DNA of 64,000 bases, from IMG/VR virus record IMGVR_UViG_3300028840_006907, positions 160,001 to 224,000 of that record; one strand, written 5' to 3'. Source of the DNA: a virus. Shown one piece after another: positions 52,142-62,168 of the stretch; position 1 is the stretch's first letter; each line of letters begins with the position of its first letter. Made by a program: the position numbers and the translations under genes. The notes below the pieces were generated by a model, which was given only the letters and a program-made list of their open reading frames with translations, made no database searches and had not been told where the DNA came from.

Positions 52142-52663
52142 TTGGCTATATGTATGGATGTATTGCTAGTAATGAATCCTCAAAATAGCTTTCTTTCTGA
52201 GACCGGAAGCGTTTATATGGGAGAAAGAGCTGAGGTTTTAAAAATCCGGTTAATTGATTATTTTTCAAGATTTACTAAAAAGATAATATTTTTCCGAGAG
52301 AAACACGCTCTAGAAGATGAATTTTTTGTAACAGATAAAACTCATTCAATTACAAATACAGAAGATTTTTTAATTTGTGATTCATTGAAGAAGTTTGCTA
52401 ATACTATAATAGACAAAACAAGGTACAATGCCTTTTTTCGGACTCCGCTTGAAGAGACATTAATGCGATTAAAGGCAAAACATATAGGTATTGTAGGAAT
52501 TGAAACACATTCTTCAGTTCTGTTTACTGCTGAAGAATTACGAAATAGATTATATGAAGTAACAGTAATAGAGCCATGTGTGATGTCAAGAGATGATTAT
52601 TTACATGGTTATGCTATTACATTAATGTGTCATCTTTTAGGAGTGAGGATAGCCAATGGATAA
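52142..52663 (+). CDS. isochorismatase-like hydrolase family protein
   Basis: VLLVMNPQNSF and KTRYNAFF...IGIVGIETHSSV pattern; the usual catalytic Cys position appears to be Ser. Confidence 0.45.
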   Translation: MAICMDVLLVMNPQNSFLSETGSVYMGERAEVLKIRLIDYFSRFTKKIIFFREKHALEDEFFVTDKTHSITNTEDFLICDSLKKFANTIIDKTRYNAFFRTPLEETLMRLKAKHIGIVGIETHSSVLFTAEELRNRLYEVTVIEPCVMSRDDYLHGYAITLMCHLLGVRIANG

Positions 52664-52997
52664 AACAACTTATTTTAAGCTTGAGTGTCCAAGATGTCAT
52701 TCCCCAGCTCGTGCCAAAGTGAACAAGAAAGTGTATAAATTTTTAATCTATCGATGCCCTTTTTGTGATAGTAATGTTGTTTATTATGAAGACACTGTAG
52801 ATATTTTGTCTGATGAATTTATGAAAACATTGATGAAAGATAAACATCTTACTTTTTGTGGCGATGCTGTATTTCCAAAAGTCTCTCCATCAAACGAAAG
52901 TATTATAAAGGAAGAAATCACACTTGATCGAATTAGAGATTTTGTGATTACTCTTAATACAGAAAAGGATTTTCAGACATTCCTTAAAAAAATTTAA
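52656..52997 (+). CDS. zinc-ribbon protein
   Basis: CPRCH...CPFCD. Confidence 0.3.
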   Translation: MDKTTYFKLECPRCHSPARAKVNKKVYKFLIYRCPFCDSNVVYYEDTVDILSDEFMKTLMKDKHLTFCGDAVFPKVSPSNESIIKEEITLDRIRDFVITLNTEKDFQTFLKKI

Positions 52998-53040
52998 TTT
53001 TTCTTCTGAACATTTCTCTGTCTCACTTCGTATAATATGT

Positions 53041-53451
53041 ATGGAAGAAAACATTAAAGCTGGCGATTTGTTGTTTTTAACTGAGTCTTTTCATAAATAT
53101 ATTAGTAAAAAGTTCCCAGACTCAAAAATTATTCTGACAAATAGGATAGCAAAGTTAGAAGAAATTATTGATTGGGAAAGTGTTAAAGGTAAATCTATAA
53201 AAGCAGCTCGGTTAAAAAGCGGTAAGTGGAAAAACCTACCCATTGAAGAGAATAAGTACATAGTCTCTATCTATTACCATGATTTAACTGGTCGAAAGGG
53301 CCAAAAGGGTGTTGCTGAACGGGCTGTGCCTATGTTTCGGTATCACCCCAAGTCTGGTAAACCCTTCTTTGTTAAAATCCCTGATTGGATATATAAAGAA
53401 ATAAATAAGAAATGTGAACATTTTCGTGTGGAATTGGAGGAAGAAGAATGA
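53041..53451 (+). CDS. hypothetical protein
   Basis: 136-aa ORF. Confidence 0.3.
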   Translation: MEENIKAGDLLFLTESFHKYISKKFPDSKIILTNRIAKLEEIIDWESVKGKSIKAARLKSGKWKNLPIEENKYIVSIYYHDLTGRKGQKGVAERAVPMFRYHPKSGKPFFVKIPDWIYKEINKKCEHFRVELEEEE

Positions 53452-53804
53452 ATGGTAGTACCTCAGATAAATTCCTTTATGCTGTAAGAAATAAAAAGGG
53501 CTTATGGTTTAAGAACGGTAGAAGATATGAAGACGATAATTGGGTGGAAGATTTTCAGAAAGCTCGTATTTATAGCAGAATAGGAGATGCTCGAAGGACT
53601 ATTACTTGCTTTATGGATGATGATGACATTGCTAATGTCGTTGTATTTAAAGTAACTGAAGTTAGAAGTATTGATGATACGGAACGTCAAGAAGTACGCA
53701 TCGATAGGGAAGAGAAGAAAGAAAAAAGAAAACAATTAAAAAAAGCCAAAATAAAAATGGAAGAAGCTCAACGAGAATACCAAAAACAATTAAGTGGGGT
53801 CTAA
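53448..53804 (+). CDS. hypothetical protein
   Basis: 118-aa ORF. Confidence 0.3.
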   Translation: MNGSTSDKFLYAVRNKKGLWFKNGRRYEDDNWVEDFQKARIYSRIGDARRTITCFMDDDDIANVVVFKVTEVRSIDDTERQEVRIDREEKKEKRKQLKKAKIKMEEAQREYQKQLSGV

Positions 53805-54348
53805 AGTGAGGATAGTTACTACTTCATGCACTAAGGGTAGGTCAACTGCCATCACTATAGAAGCTGATAAAGAAGAAGATTTAACTGTTCTTAAGGGAAT
53901 GTTAAATTCTCATGTATGGGTTCGTATGAATAAATATAATGAACTCGAATCAGCCCCAGCCCATCGGGATCCTCCACTAGTATATGATGATAGAATTGAT
54001 CCTATATGGGATGGTAAACCTGCTATGACCAAAAAACTTCGTGATTTTGAAAAAGAAGATAACTTGGGAAAAGATCGTTCTATTTATGTGCAGTCTATTG
54101 AAGGTTATGATGGTGATAGAGATACAAAGGCTCAGAAATTAACATTTAATGGATTTGTATCTTTGCGAAGTAGAAAAGGTATGAGAGATGGTAAGTGCTG
54201 GGAAATATGGTATTTACCAGGACCCTGGGCAGCAGAAGGAGAATTAAGAGGGAAAAATATTGAATATATAATAGATTGGTTATGTAGGGAAATAAGACCG
54301 GGAACTATTGAACTTGGTGGTCGCCGTTATGGATTGGTTTTGGATTAA
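53794..54348 (+). CDS. hypothetical protein
   Basis: 184-aa ORF. Confidence 0.3.
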   Translation: MGSKVRIVTTSCTKGRSTAITIEADKEEDLTVLKGMLNSHVWVRMNKYNELESAPAHRDPPLVYDDRIDPIWDGKPAMTKKLRDFEKEDNLGKDRSIYVQSIEGYDGDRDTKAQKLTFNGFVSLRSRKGMRDGKCWEIWYLPGPWAAEGELRGKNIEYIIDWLCREIRPGTIELGGRRYGLVLD

Positions 54349-54350
54349 TT

Positions 54351-55034
54351 ATGTTTCTTGATATTTTAATAAAAAATCTTCATAGATCGATACATCGTTA
54401 TCCTGAGGTAATACGTTATTTACATTCTCGGTATGTTACAGATGAAGATATAAAAAAATATGAGATAGGTTATAATAAAATAGTATCTATACCTGAAGAT
54501 CCTGGTACTGATAGACAGAGAATGATGGAAGAGTGTTATAAAGGGAGAAAATTAGAAGGGAAGATTATTTTTCCAATAAAGGATAATATGGGTAATATTG
54601 TGGGTTTGACAAGTAGATCCATTGAGAATAAGGAATTTAAAATATTCGTTACTGAAATTGCCCGGTATACTGGATTTTTCTTTGGGTTACCAGAAGCTTT
54701 ACCGTTTGCTTATAAAGAAAATAGAATTTATGTAGTTGAGGGTCAGTTCGATTTCTTTGCTCTTGTTAAAGTTTTTCCGAATACTGTAGCAACATTGACA
54801 TCATATTTATCAGAAGCTCAGTATAATTTTTTACGCTTTTTTTGTGACACAATTGTTACTGTTTTTGATCATGATGAAGCCGGGATACGTGGTCGGGAAA
54901 ACGCAGAGAATTTTAAAGGAGTTATTCAGATGGATTTAGGTGTTCATAAAGATCCTGCGAGATGTTTAGAAAAACGTTCTTTTCAAGATTTTAAAAAATA
55001 TGTTTTACGTAAATCTCCTGCAAATATTTCATAG
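54351..55034 (+). CDS. TOPRIM-domain protein (DnaG-primase-like core, no zinc finger)
   Basis: IYVVEGQFD and DHDEAG acidic motifs. Confidence 0.45.
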   Translation: MFLDILIKNLHRSIHRYPEVIRYLHSRYVTDEDIKKYEIGYNKIVSIPEDPGTDRQRMMEECYKGRKLEGKIIFPIKDNMGNIVGLTSRSIENKEFKIFVTEIARYTGFFFGLPEALPFAYKENRIYVVEGQFDFFALVKVFPNTVATLTSYLSEAQYNFLRFFCDTIVTVFDHDEAGIRGRENAENFKGVIQMDLGVHKDPARCLEKRSFQDFKKYVLRKSPANIS

Positions 55035-55076
55035 AACTATATATAGGAGAACTATTTGTGAAGAGGATGTATATCT

Positions 55077-55454
55077 ATGAGTGAAAAGAGCCCTTTTAAA
55101 AAGACTCGATTGGAAGAATATAGAGAGAAATTGTATAAAAAGATTACTTGGATTATTTATATAGTAAGGTGTGCTGATGATACTTATTTCGGAGGAATGA
55201 CAAGAAATTTAAAAGAAGATTTAGAGTTAATTAATGTTCATAGAAGGGGAAAATATTTCAGTAAGAATCCAGAAAGGTTACCAGTAGAGCTTGTTTACCA
55301 TGAATATGTTCCTTTTAAAGAAGCTATGGCTAAATTCAATTATTTGAAAAAGATGAATAAAAGATTGAAGTTAAAGTTGATTAGAACTAAAGTATGGCCA
55401 TATGGTGGGGCTTGGAAGGAATTTGCTGAAAATAATCCTGAATATTTAGTGTAG
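55077..55454 (+). CDS. GIY-YIG nuclease superfamily protein
   Basis: WIIYIVRCADDTYFGGMTRNLKEDLELINVHRRG. Confidence 0.5.
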   Translation: MSEKSPFKKTRLEEYREKLYKKITWIIYIVRCADDTYFGGMTRNLKEDLELINVHRRGKYFSKNPERLPVELVYHEYVPFKEAMAKFNYLKKMNKRLKLKLIRTKVWPYGGAWKEFAENNPEYLV

Positions 55455-55574
55455 GAAGTTGTTGACAAGTATTCGCCTTATATTTATTATTTAAAATAAG
55501 TTTAATTTAAGTAATAAATAATGTATAATGAGTATTTATCTACGGATAAGTCAAAAATGTAAGGGAGAACTCAA

Positions 55575-56954
55575 ATTAAACTAGCTATAAAATACAGACC
55601 ATTGACATTTGATGACGTGGTAGGCCAAGAAGGGACTGTTCTAGTCTTAAAAAAAGCTGTAAGCAATGATAATTATGGTTCAGCCTATCTATTCTCTGGG
55701 CCTTCAGGTGTTGGGAAAACTACAATAGGTAGAATCTTTTCAAATACGATCCTTTGTGAATCACCTATAAATAATAGCCCATGTCTTAAATGTGAATCTT
55801 GTTTATTATTTAGAAAAGAGCAACATTTTAGTTATAGAGAATTAGATTCTGCCTCTTTTGGTGGTAAAGAAGATATGGTAAAATTACGTGATGATGCCTC
55901 TTCTCTGGGAGTATCAAAGAAAAAGATCATTCTTCTTGATGAGAGCCATGATATCAGTAAAGCTGGTCAGGATTCCTTATTAAAACAAATAGAACAGTGT
56001 CCTGAGCATTTAATTTATTTGTTCTGTACGACTGATCCTGATAAAATGAATGAAACTTTACGAAACAGATGTACTCCATTTCATTTTACCCGTATAGAAC
56101 CACCTCTTATAAAACAAAGATTAAAAGTAATTTGTGAAAAAGAAGGCTTTACATATCAGGAAGAAGTATTGGATATTATATCGGAGAGATCTGAAGGTCA
56201 CGTACGCAATGCCATAAATCTATTGGAGTTAGTCGCTTATCTTGGTGAAATTACTATTGAGAATTTAGACAAGATCTCCAAAGATTTTGAAGAAGATATC
56301 TTTACTATTTTATCTAATTTAGGTATTGATCTTAATAAAGTTATCAGTACTTATAGAAAGATTTCTTCCTATTTATCGGTATTTGAATTCTATAACTCAT
56401 TTCTATCTTTAGTAAATGATTCGGTAAAATTATTATACGGCTATGAAGATTTTCTTGAAAAAAGAAAAAAATTATTAATGAAATTGAAAACCATTCATGG
56501 TCAGAGTCTCCCTGAGTTCCTGAATTACCTTATTACACGGGATAAATATGTGGAAAAGGTTGGAATTGAGAGTGATTTGTTAATTTTACATTACAAATAT
56601 AGTGCTGATAGTTTTGTACCTCGGATACAACAAAAACCCTTAAAAAACCCACAAATAACTAATCCTAAAAATAAAGATGAAGAACTTAAACCTCCGTCTT
56701 TCACTGTGGATGAACTCACAAAAATGGGCGTTGAAAAACGTAGTGAGTTTCTTCGTAATCAGCGAAAAAATCATAAATTGGAGGATAAGGAAGAATCATT
56801 AGTTGTGCCAGCAGAATGGCCCTTACCAAAAGAAGAGAGACCGGGGAATACTGACAATGGGGAGGTTGAGTTAACACCTCACGAATTCTCTTTGAGATTG
56901 GTAGGAGGACGAGGTGGCAAAAAGCAACAAATGGCTGATTCTCGAACTGAATGA
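55575..56954 (+). CDS. dnaX: DNA polymerase III tau/gamma-like clamp-loader ATPase
   Basis: KYRPLTFDDVVGQE, Walker A GPSGVGKTT, zinc module CLKCESC, sensor motifs; start placed at in-frame ATT 7 nt after GGGAG SD, as the conserved N-terminus precedes the first TTG (55602). Confidence 0.8.
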   Translation: MKLAIKYRPLTFDDVVGQEGTVLVLKKAVSNDNYGSAYLFSGPSGVGKTTIGRIFSNTILCESPINNSPCLKCESCLLFRKEQHFSYRELDSASFGGKEDMVKLRDDASSLGVSKKKIILLDESHDISKAGQDSLLKQIEQCPEHLIYLFCTTDPDKMNETLRNRCTPFHFTRIEPPLIKQRLKVICEKEGFTYQEEVLDIISERSEGHVRNAINLLELVAYLGEITIENLDKISKDFEEDIFTILSNLGIDLNKVISTYRKISSYLSVFEFYNSFLSLVNDSVKLLYGYEDFLEKRKKLLMKLKTIHGQSLPEFLNYLITRDKYVEKVGIESDLLILHYKYSADSFVPRIQQKPLKNPQITNPKNKDEELKPPSFTVDELTKMGVEKRSEFLRNQRKNHKLEDKEESLVVPAEWPLPKEERPGNTDNGEVELTPHEFSLRLVGGRGGKKQQMADSRTE

Positions 56955-57426
56955 AATCGAGGATATTAATTATCATGAAATAGAATCGACAATTATCAAC
57001 ATTTTTGGAGATAAGGTTGATTATTTCATACCAATCCATCATGAGCGGATGGGTTCGTATATTAGCACAAGTGTTTTAATTGATGGCTATGTTTTTGTAA
57101 GAGATTGTTTAGAAGTTCGTGAAAATTTGAACAATCTACAAGAAACAAGAGTTTTTTCAGGAGCTTTGTTTCTTTCAGGTAAATACCAAACAGTGAATTC
57201 GGATGAAATAGGATCATTAAAGAAAAAATTAAAGAATTCATTAAAAAGAAAATTCATTGTTGGTATGAGAGTGATAGTACTTGATGGAGTTTTTAAAAAT
57301 TTGAAAGGTGAAGTGATTAGTATAGAAGATAGTGGGAAAAAAGTTATGATTAAGATTAAGCGCTTGACCCGTGAAATTATAGCACCCATACCTTCGACAC
57401 TTTTGGAGTATTATAAAGACAATTAA
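56914..57426 (+). CDS. NusG/Spt5-like protein with KOW motif, tentative
   Basis: C-terminal FIVGMRVIVLDGVFKNLKGEVISIED resembles a KOW element. Confidence 0.4.
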   Translation: MAKSNKWLILELNEIEDINYHEIESTIINIFGDKVDYFIPIHHERMGSYISTSVLIDGYVFVRDCLEVRENLNNLQETRVFSGALFLSGKYQTVNSDEIGSLKKKLKNSLKRKFIVGMRVIVLDGVFKNLKGEVISIEDSGKKVMIKIKRLTREIIAPIPSTLLEYYKDN

Positions 57427-57458
57427 TAATCTTTTGAAACTTTTCTTGAGATAGAGAT

Positions 57459-58373
57459 ATGGATAATTTAATAGTAGATGGTTTTGGTATAGTTTATAAG
57501 TCACATTATGCTTTTAATACCCTATTAACTTCTACAGGGATATTATCTGGAAGTGTTTATGGTTTTTTGATTAGTATGAGAACTATTAAAAATAGTTATC
57601 CTCATTGTCATCTGACGATTGCTTGGGATAATGATGCTACAAGAAGAAAAGAAGCCTTTAGCAGTTATAAAAGTAATCGTAAAAAAATAGGTCTCTTTGA
57701 ACAAATAGAAGATCTCAAAGAAATTTTTTCAAATTTAAATGTCTCTCAGGCCGAATATGCGGGAGAAGAAGCTGATGATGTTATAGCATCTCTGACAAAG
57801 AAATACACTGAAAATTTAGTCTATATTTACAGTTCAGATAAAGATATGTTTCAATTGGTTGAAAATGGGAAAGTTATTGCCATAAGACCTAAAAAAGGCA
57901 AAAATCCTGAGAGATATTATGATGAAGAGAAAGTCAAAGAAGAATTTGAGGTCAGTCCGAAAAATTTTGCTTGTTTTCAATGTTTTCGAGGGGATTCTGT
58001 CGATGGCATCCCAGGAGTCCCACGTGTGAAATCTTCTTTACTTGCTTACCTTTCAGAAAAATACGAAACTCCAGAAAGAATCTACCAACATCTCGATGAA
58101 GAAAAATTAACTCCTTATCAAAGAAAAGCTCTTTTAGAATTTAAGGAACAAATAACAGTTAATATGCAGTTAGTGACATTACGTACAGATTTAGTATTAA
58201 ATGTGATTGATGGTGAACCTAAACCTTCTGCATTATTACCTTTTTTAGATAAGTATGAAATACGTTCAATTAACCCAGATACATATGCAAGAGTCTTTGC
58301 AGATATCCCTTCTTTTAATGCAAGAAAAGCTCCTAGTTTTGAGAGCTATTCTTTATTTGATGATGAGGAGTAA
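57459..58373 (+). CDS. 5'-3' exonuclease / flap endonuclease (Pol I N-terminal-type)
   Basis: LIVDGFGIVYKSHYAF and acidic clusters (EADDVIASL, SSDKDMFQL, H3TH region). Confidence 0.8.
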   Translation: MDNLIVDGFGIVYKSHYAFNTLLTSTGILSGSVYGFLISMRTIKNSYPHCHLTIAWDNDATRRKEAFSSYKSNRKKIGLFEQIEDLKEIFSNLNVSQAEYAGEEADDVIASLTKKYTENLVYIYSSDKDMFQLVENGKVIAIRPKKGKNPERYYDEEKVKEEFEVSPKNFACFQCFRGDSVDGIPGVPRVKSSLLAYLSEKYETPERIYQHLDEEKLTPYQRKALLEFKEQITVNMQLVTLRTDLVLNVIDGEPKPSALLPFLDKYEIRSINPDTYARVFADIPSFNARKAPSFESYSLFDDEE

Positions 58374-58377
58374 AGTT

Positions 58378-59016
58378 ATGAAAAATAGTTCTTTTTTAAG
58401 ACGGATGGATTGTGTTGAGATGGATGCTCGTTTTTCTAATGAGAATGCCATTAAATACAGTGAACTGAAAAGTTCTTTAATAACTTACGAAGAAATCAGA
58501 CCTTTTTTATATCGTTTACCTCCTCGGGAAATAGATCTCATAGAGCTTTATTATAATGAACGTAAAAATCAAAAGGATATTGCAAAGATATTCGGTGTTA
58601 CTCAAGGAGCTATTTCTAGCCGGTTGACTCGGGCAAAGAAACGATTGAGATTTTTAAAGGATCTTCCTAAAATTAGTGACGAGGAAATTGATGGTTGTTT
58701 GTGTAAATATTTTGACCGATTAGAGTTAGAGATAATTAAATTTATGATGTTGACTACTTGTCAGAGTAAAACAGCTCAATTGATAAATAAAAAGTTCAAT
58801 CTTGTTGATGCAAAGAAAAAAATGACACAGGTCAAAGTCCGTCACAGATTCGAAAAATGTTTATGCAGATTAAAAGAAGAGATGAAAAAAGATCCTGAGA
58901 TAAAGAAGTACCATAAGTTGCTCGAATATATAAAGAAGAACCTTTATAAATTGCATGAAGTGAAGTTACCTCATTTTGATCGGGGTACTCATGCGGTTTT
59001 TTCAATTATTGTGTAA
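58378..59016 (+). CDS. sigma-70 region 4-like HTH protein (possible phage sigma factor or regulator)
   Basis: IDLIELYYNERKNQKDIAKIFGVTQGAISSRLTRAKKRLR; start set at ATG after GGAG SD. Confidence 0.5.
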   Translation: MKNSSFLRRMDCVEMDARFSNENAIKYSELKSSLITYEEIRPFLYRLPPREIDLIELYYNERKNQKDIAKIFGVTQGAISSRLTRAKKRLRFLKDLPKISDEEIDGCLCKYFDRLELEIIKFMMLTTCQSKTAQLINKKFNLVDAKKKMTQVKVRHRFEKCLCRLKEEMKKDPEIKKYHKLLEYIKKNLYKLHEVKLPHFDRGTHAVFSIIV

Positions 59017-59168
59017 AAAATAAAAATTTTACTTGCTCTTTCTGGTTTTTTAATTTATTTACTTTAAATGACCGAGCATGCAGGTCTAAGCGCATGTGTG
59101 GGTGGGCCGCCAATCGAGATGCCCAAAATAAGTAACTGTTACAGGTTACTATGAAAAAGGAGACATTT

Positions 59169-60128
59169 ATGTCTAACGAATTAACTCCCCGTATTGAAAA
59201 AGCATCCGAACTCCTGGGTGTAGAAACCAATTCCCTTACAAAACATCTTGATGAAAATGGAATTTCCAATGATTCCACTGGTGTGACCGTTTTGGGAGCA
59301 AAAACTACTACGATTGATGATCTTGTAGAAATTCTTGGTAGTCTTGAAACTAAAGCTCCTAAACTTAAAATCAAGACTGCTGCAGGTTTTCTGAAGAATG
59401 GTTTAGAAGAAAAGCCGGAGCCTACCCCTGAACTTGTTCCTTCCTCTCCAAGTTTTTCTATTGCACGAGAGCTAAAAATGGCTCGTCCTATTGAGCAATG
59501 GTCTGATGATGATCTTCTAGCCAGATATATCAAGGATCGTGAAGTAGATGTCGAATTAGAGCTTCATAAACGGGCTAAACAGGATCGTTTTATTGTTTTA
59601 GAACCGTCTGATAAAGGTTATGAGCCGGGTAAGGAAGTAATAGATTTTGTTAAGAGTATAGAACTTCTTAAAAGTGCTCGTAAAGGTAAAATGAAAAATC
59701 CTTCAACACTCCCCGTGATTGGTGGAGTCAGACCTGTTTATTTTATCACTGAGTTCAATATTAATGATCGAATGACTGAATTATGCCCTATCTGTGGACA
59801 GGGTTTATATAACAGTTATTGTGATCGTTGCATCATTGATTTTACTGGGATTGATGATGATTCTCGTGCTTATATGAATCTTGTAGCAAAGATGGAAACA
59901 TTTAATACCAGTAGTGCGAGTGATCGTAAGGCTCTATTTGCTAGCGCTAAAAACGGTATCACTGGTTTGAAATCAGAATGGCCAGCTTTGGCACAGACAT
60001 TCGATGAACTTAAAGCTACACAGCAATTACCTCAGATTAGGGTAATTACATCACGTCCTTCGAAACAGGGTAAAGAAGATCCTTTTTTCCAAGATGGTAA
60101 TCGTTCCGTTGGAAATAAGAAATTTTAA
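59169..60128 (+). CDS. hypothetical protein with zinc ribbon
   Basis: CPICGQG...CDRC; AAGGAG SD; gene GC noticeably above window average. Confidence 0.35.
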   Translation: MSNELTPRIEKASELLGVETNSLTKHLDENGISNDSTGVTVLGAKTTTIDDLVEILGSLETKAPKLKIKTAAGFLKNGLEEKPEPTPELVPSSPSFSIARELKMARPIEQWSDDDLLARYIKDREVDVELELHKRAKQDRFIVLEPSDKGYEPGKEVIDFVKSIELLKSARKGKMKNPSTLPVIGGVRPVYFITEFNINDRMTELCPICGQGLYNSYCDRCIIDFTGIDDDSRAYMNLVAKMETFNTSSASDRKALFASAKNGITGLKSEWPALAQTFDELKATQQLPQIRVITSRPSKQGKEDPFFQDGNRSVGNKKF

Positions 60129-60192
60129 TTAATTGGTTTTAACACATAGTCCTCTTATGAGGACTATGAAAATAGATAGGGAGAATAAAAAT

Positions 60193-61332
60193 ATGTCTAT
60201 AAATAGGCTCACAATGGAATATAAGGGTTTTAAAGCCCAGATCATGGAAGCTAGGCGTCTTACAGGTAAGGGTGTGCATGGGCTACCTCAAGGAACACCT
60301 ATTCCTGTTTATTATTCTGATGAATTTCTGAAATTACCTGAAAATTGGATGAGGGGTCCTGGTGTCTTCGTTATTCCGGTGAGACCTGAGAAAGGTCTCT
60401 GGTTTAATTGGCGGGATAATGATGAACTAAATACTGCGGTTATTCCAACCGTTAAAGGGGCTAATCCGATTACAGGTCTTCAAACTTCTGGTTTTCATCT
60501 GGAGCAATATGATACAAAATGCCCAAAACATGGCTGTGATTTTCTAGCAGATCGATTTTGCCAAAAATGTAATCATAAATGGGAGAATCGTAATTATTGC
60601 AGTATGAGTCCTTTGTGGTGGGATGGGTTCAGAGCTGATGACGGTACCGTACGTCAGTTTTTCTTTACTGAGGATTCTATGAGAGATGTAGCAACAGCTC
60701 TTATTGGGAAAGAACAGACTGTTCCGGCTTTTGGTTTTGCTTTTTATTCAACTAAAGTAAAACGTGAGATTAAAAGAGTAGAGAGAAGATCTGGTTATGA
60801 ACAACAGATTTTATTCAATAATGCCACTCTTGATTCGCTTGATTTCCCTGTAATGAAAGAATTTAGTTCTAAGAAATCTTTTAATCCTTCTAAAACTATT
60901 GGTTCTTTTAATAAGGGTCATACCGATACTTCTTATAGTACTGAAAGTAGTTTTTTAGGTAGTCCTGAGCTATGTGGAGCTACACTAGGATCTACGACAG
61001 GTGGAGATGATAATTCAAAATATAAGAAAAGTGCTTCTCATAGAGGTATTTTAAGACAAAAACTTGAAATCCAACATGATCCTGACACAAGAGGTGTTGA
61101 TATTCCTGAGCAGAAACCAGTAATTAAAGATGTTTCAATAGGTGCTGGAGCTAAGATTCGACAAAAGTTAAATGATGATAATTACTCTTTGGAGAATTGG
61201 AATGATTCTCCTGATGCAGTAATGACTATATATTTTGTGTTCCATGATAAGTTCGAAGAAATTAAAGCTGGTGGAATGCGAGATTTAAGTGGAAAATCTG
61301 AGGGTATGTTAAATGGCATTCCAGTAGGTTAA
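60193..61332 (+). CDS. hypothetical Cys-containing protein
   Basis: CPKHGC...CQKCNH; GGGAG SD. Confidence 0.35.
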   Translation: MSINRLTMEYKGFKAQIMEARRLTGKGVHGLPQGTPIPVYYSDEFLKLPENWMRGPGVFVIPVRPEKGLWFNWRDNDELNTAVIPTVKGANPITGLQTSGFHLEQYDTKCPKHGCDFLADRFCQKCNHKWENRNYCSMSPLWWDGFRADDGTVRQFFFTEDSMRDVATALIGKEQTVPAFGFAFYSTKVKREIKRVERRSGYEQQILFNNATLDSLDFPVMKEFSSKKSFNPSKTIGSFNKGHTDTSYSTESSFLGSPELCGATLGSTTGGDDNSKYKKSASHRGILRQKLEIQHDPDTRGVDIPEQKPVIKDVSIGAGAKIRQKLNDDNYSLENWNDSPDAVMTIYFVFHDKFEEIKAGGMRDLSGKSEGMLNGIPVG

Positions 61333-61452
61333 AATAATAAATATAAATAACAAATAAGATATTCCTCGGATCTTACCGGGGTTGGCCCACAGTGTGAACG
61401 GATCTAAATTTATCTAGGTTATATCCCTTACATTAGCGGGGTTATTTAAAGG

Positions 61453-61489
61453 GAATTTGATCAGTAGGTCAAATTCTCTTTTTTTATTT
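61453..61489 (+). terminator. possible intrinsic terminator
   Basis: 8-bp stem gaatttga/tcaaattc followed by tctttttttattt. Confidence 0.4.
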
Positions 61490-61570
61490 AATTCTCCTTT
61501 TTTTTCCTTCCTAAATGGCTGTAATAATGTATTAATATGAAAGCCCTAACATAATAATAATGTTCTGTAT

Positions 61571-62155
61571 ATGTTAGGGGGCAATCTCTTGAATAATAAG
61601 CATTCCGACTATGTTTTCCACGAACCCGGTGGAAGTTCACTTCCTGGTTCACCTGATGCGAATCCCTATGTCTTTTACCCACCGGATGAGATTCGACGAT
61701 TATTAGAATCAGAGAAAGATCCTGATGAATTGGCTAAAATGAAGAGTGCCTTACGACAATGGGAACGGATTTATGTCTATCCTGGTTACCCATATAGGTT
61801 GGCAAAAGCATTAAGATTTATAGCAGCCAAGCTTCAGAAGATAGCTGAACGAACTCCAGTCCCACAGAACAAACCTTATTACAATGATAGTCAAGTTCCA
61901 GAAGGTTTTGAAGAGATTATGGATTCTCTTCGCAGTCCTCACGATAACCAGAATCAGATCTGGGATGATTATCACAGACAAGGCGAACGACCTAAAGTTG
62001 ATATAGATACAGGAAAAGGTGACTTTCTATCTCCATCGGAACCACCTATTGGTGATACCGTAAAGGAAAGAGGAGATGGTCCAGATCCGGAAGGAATGGA
62101 GATTCCTCAACCGGGTACTGGTGGTGATCCTGATTCATGGTTTCAAGGAATTTAA
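61571..62155 (+). CDS. hypothetical protein
   Basis: 194-aa ORF. Confidence 0.3.
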   Translation: MLGGNLLNNKHSDYVFHEPGGSSLPGSPDANPYVFYPPDEIRRLLESEKDPDELAKMKSALRQWERIYVYPGYPYRLAKALRFIAAKLQKIAERTPVPQNKPYYNDSQVPEGFEEIMDSLRSPHDNQNQIWDDYHRQGERPKVDIDTGKGDFLSPSEPPIGDTVKERGDGPDPEGMEIPQPGTGGDPDSWFQGI

Positions 62156-62168
62156 TGGGAGGATATAT

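Noticed and set aside
56440-56490. Programmed -1 frameshift site in dnaX (tau/gamma) at an A-rich run
   Set aside because: The gaaaaaagaaaaaaa run exists, but a -1 shift would truncate at about residue 300 inside the clamp-loader core rather than after domain III, and the heptamer is not in the canonical frame.
59006-59533. 175-aa minus-strand ORF
   Set aside because: Overlaps the well-supported plus-strand gene (SD plus Cys-ribbon protein) and a GC-rich leader; likely a spurious ORF arising from locally higher GC.
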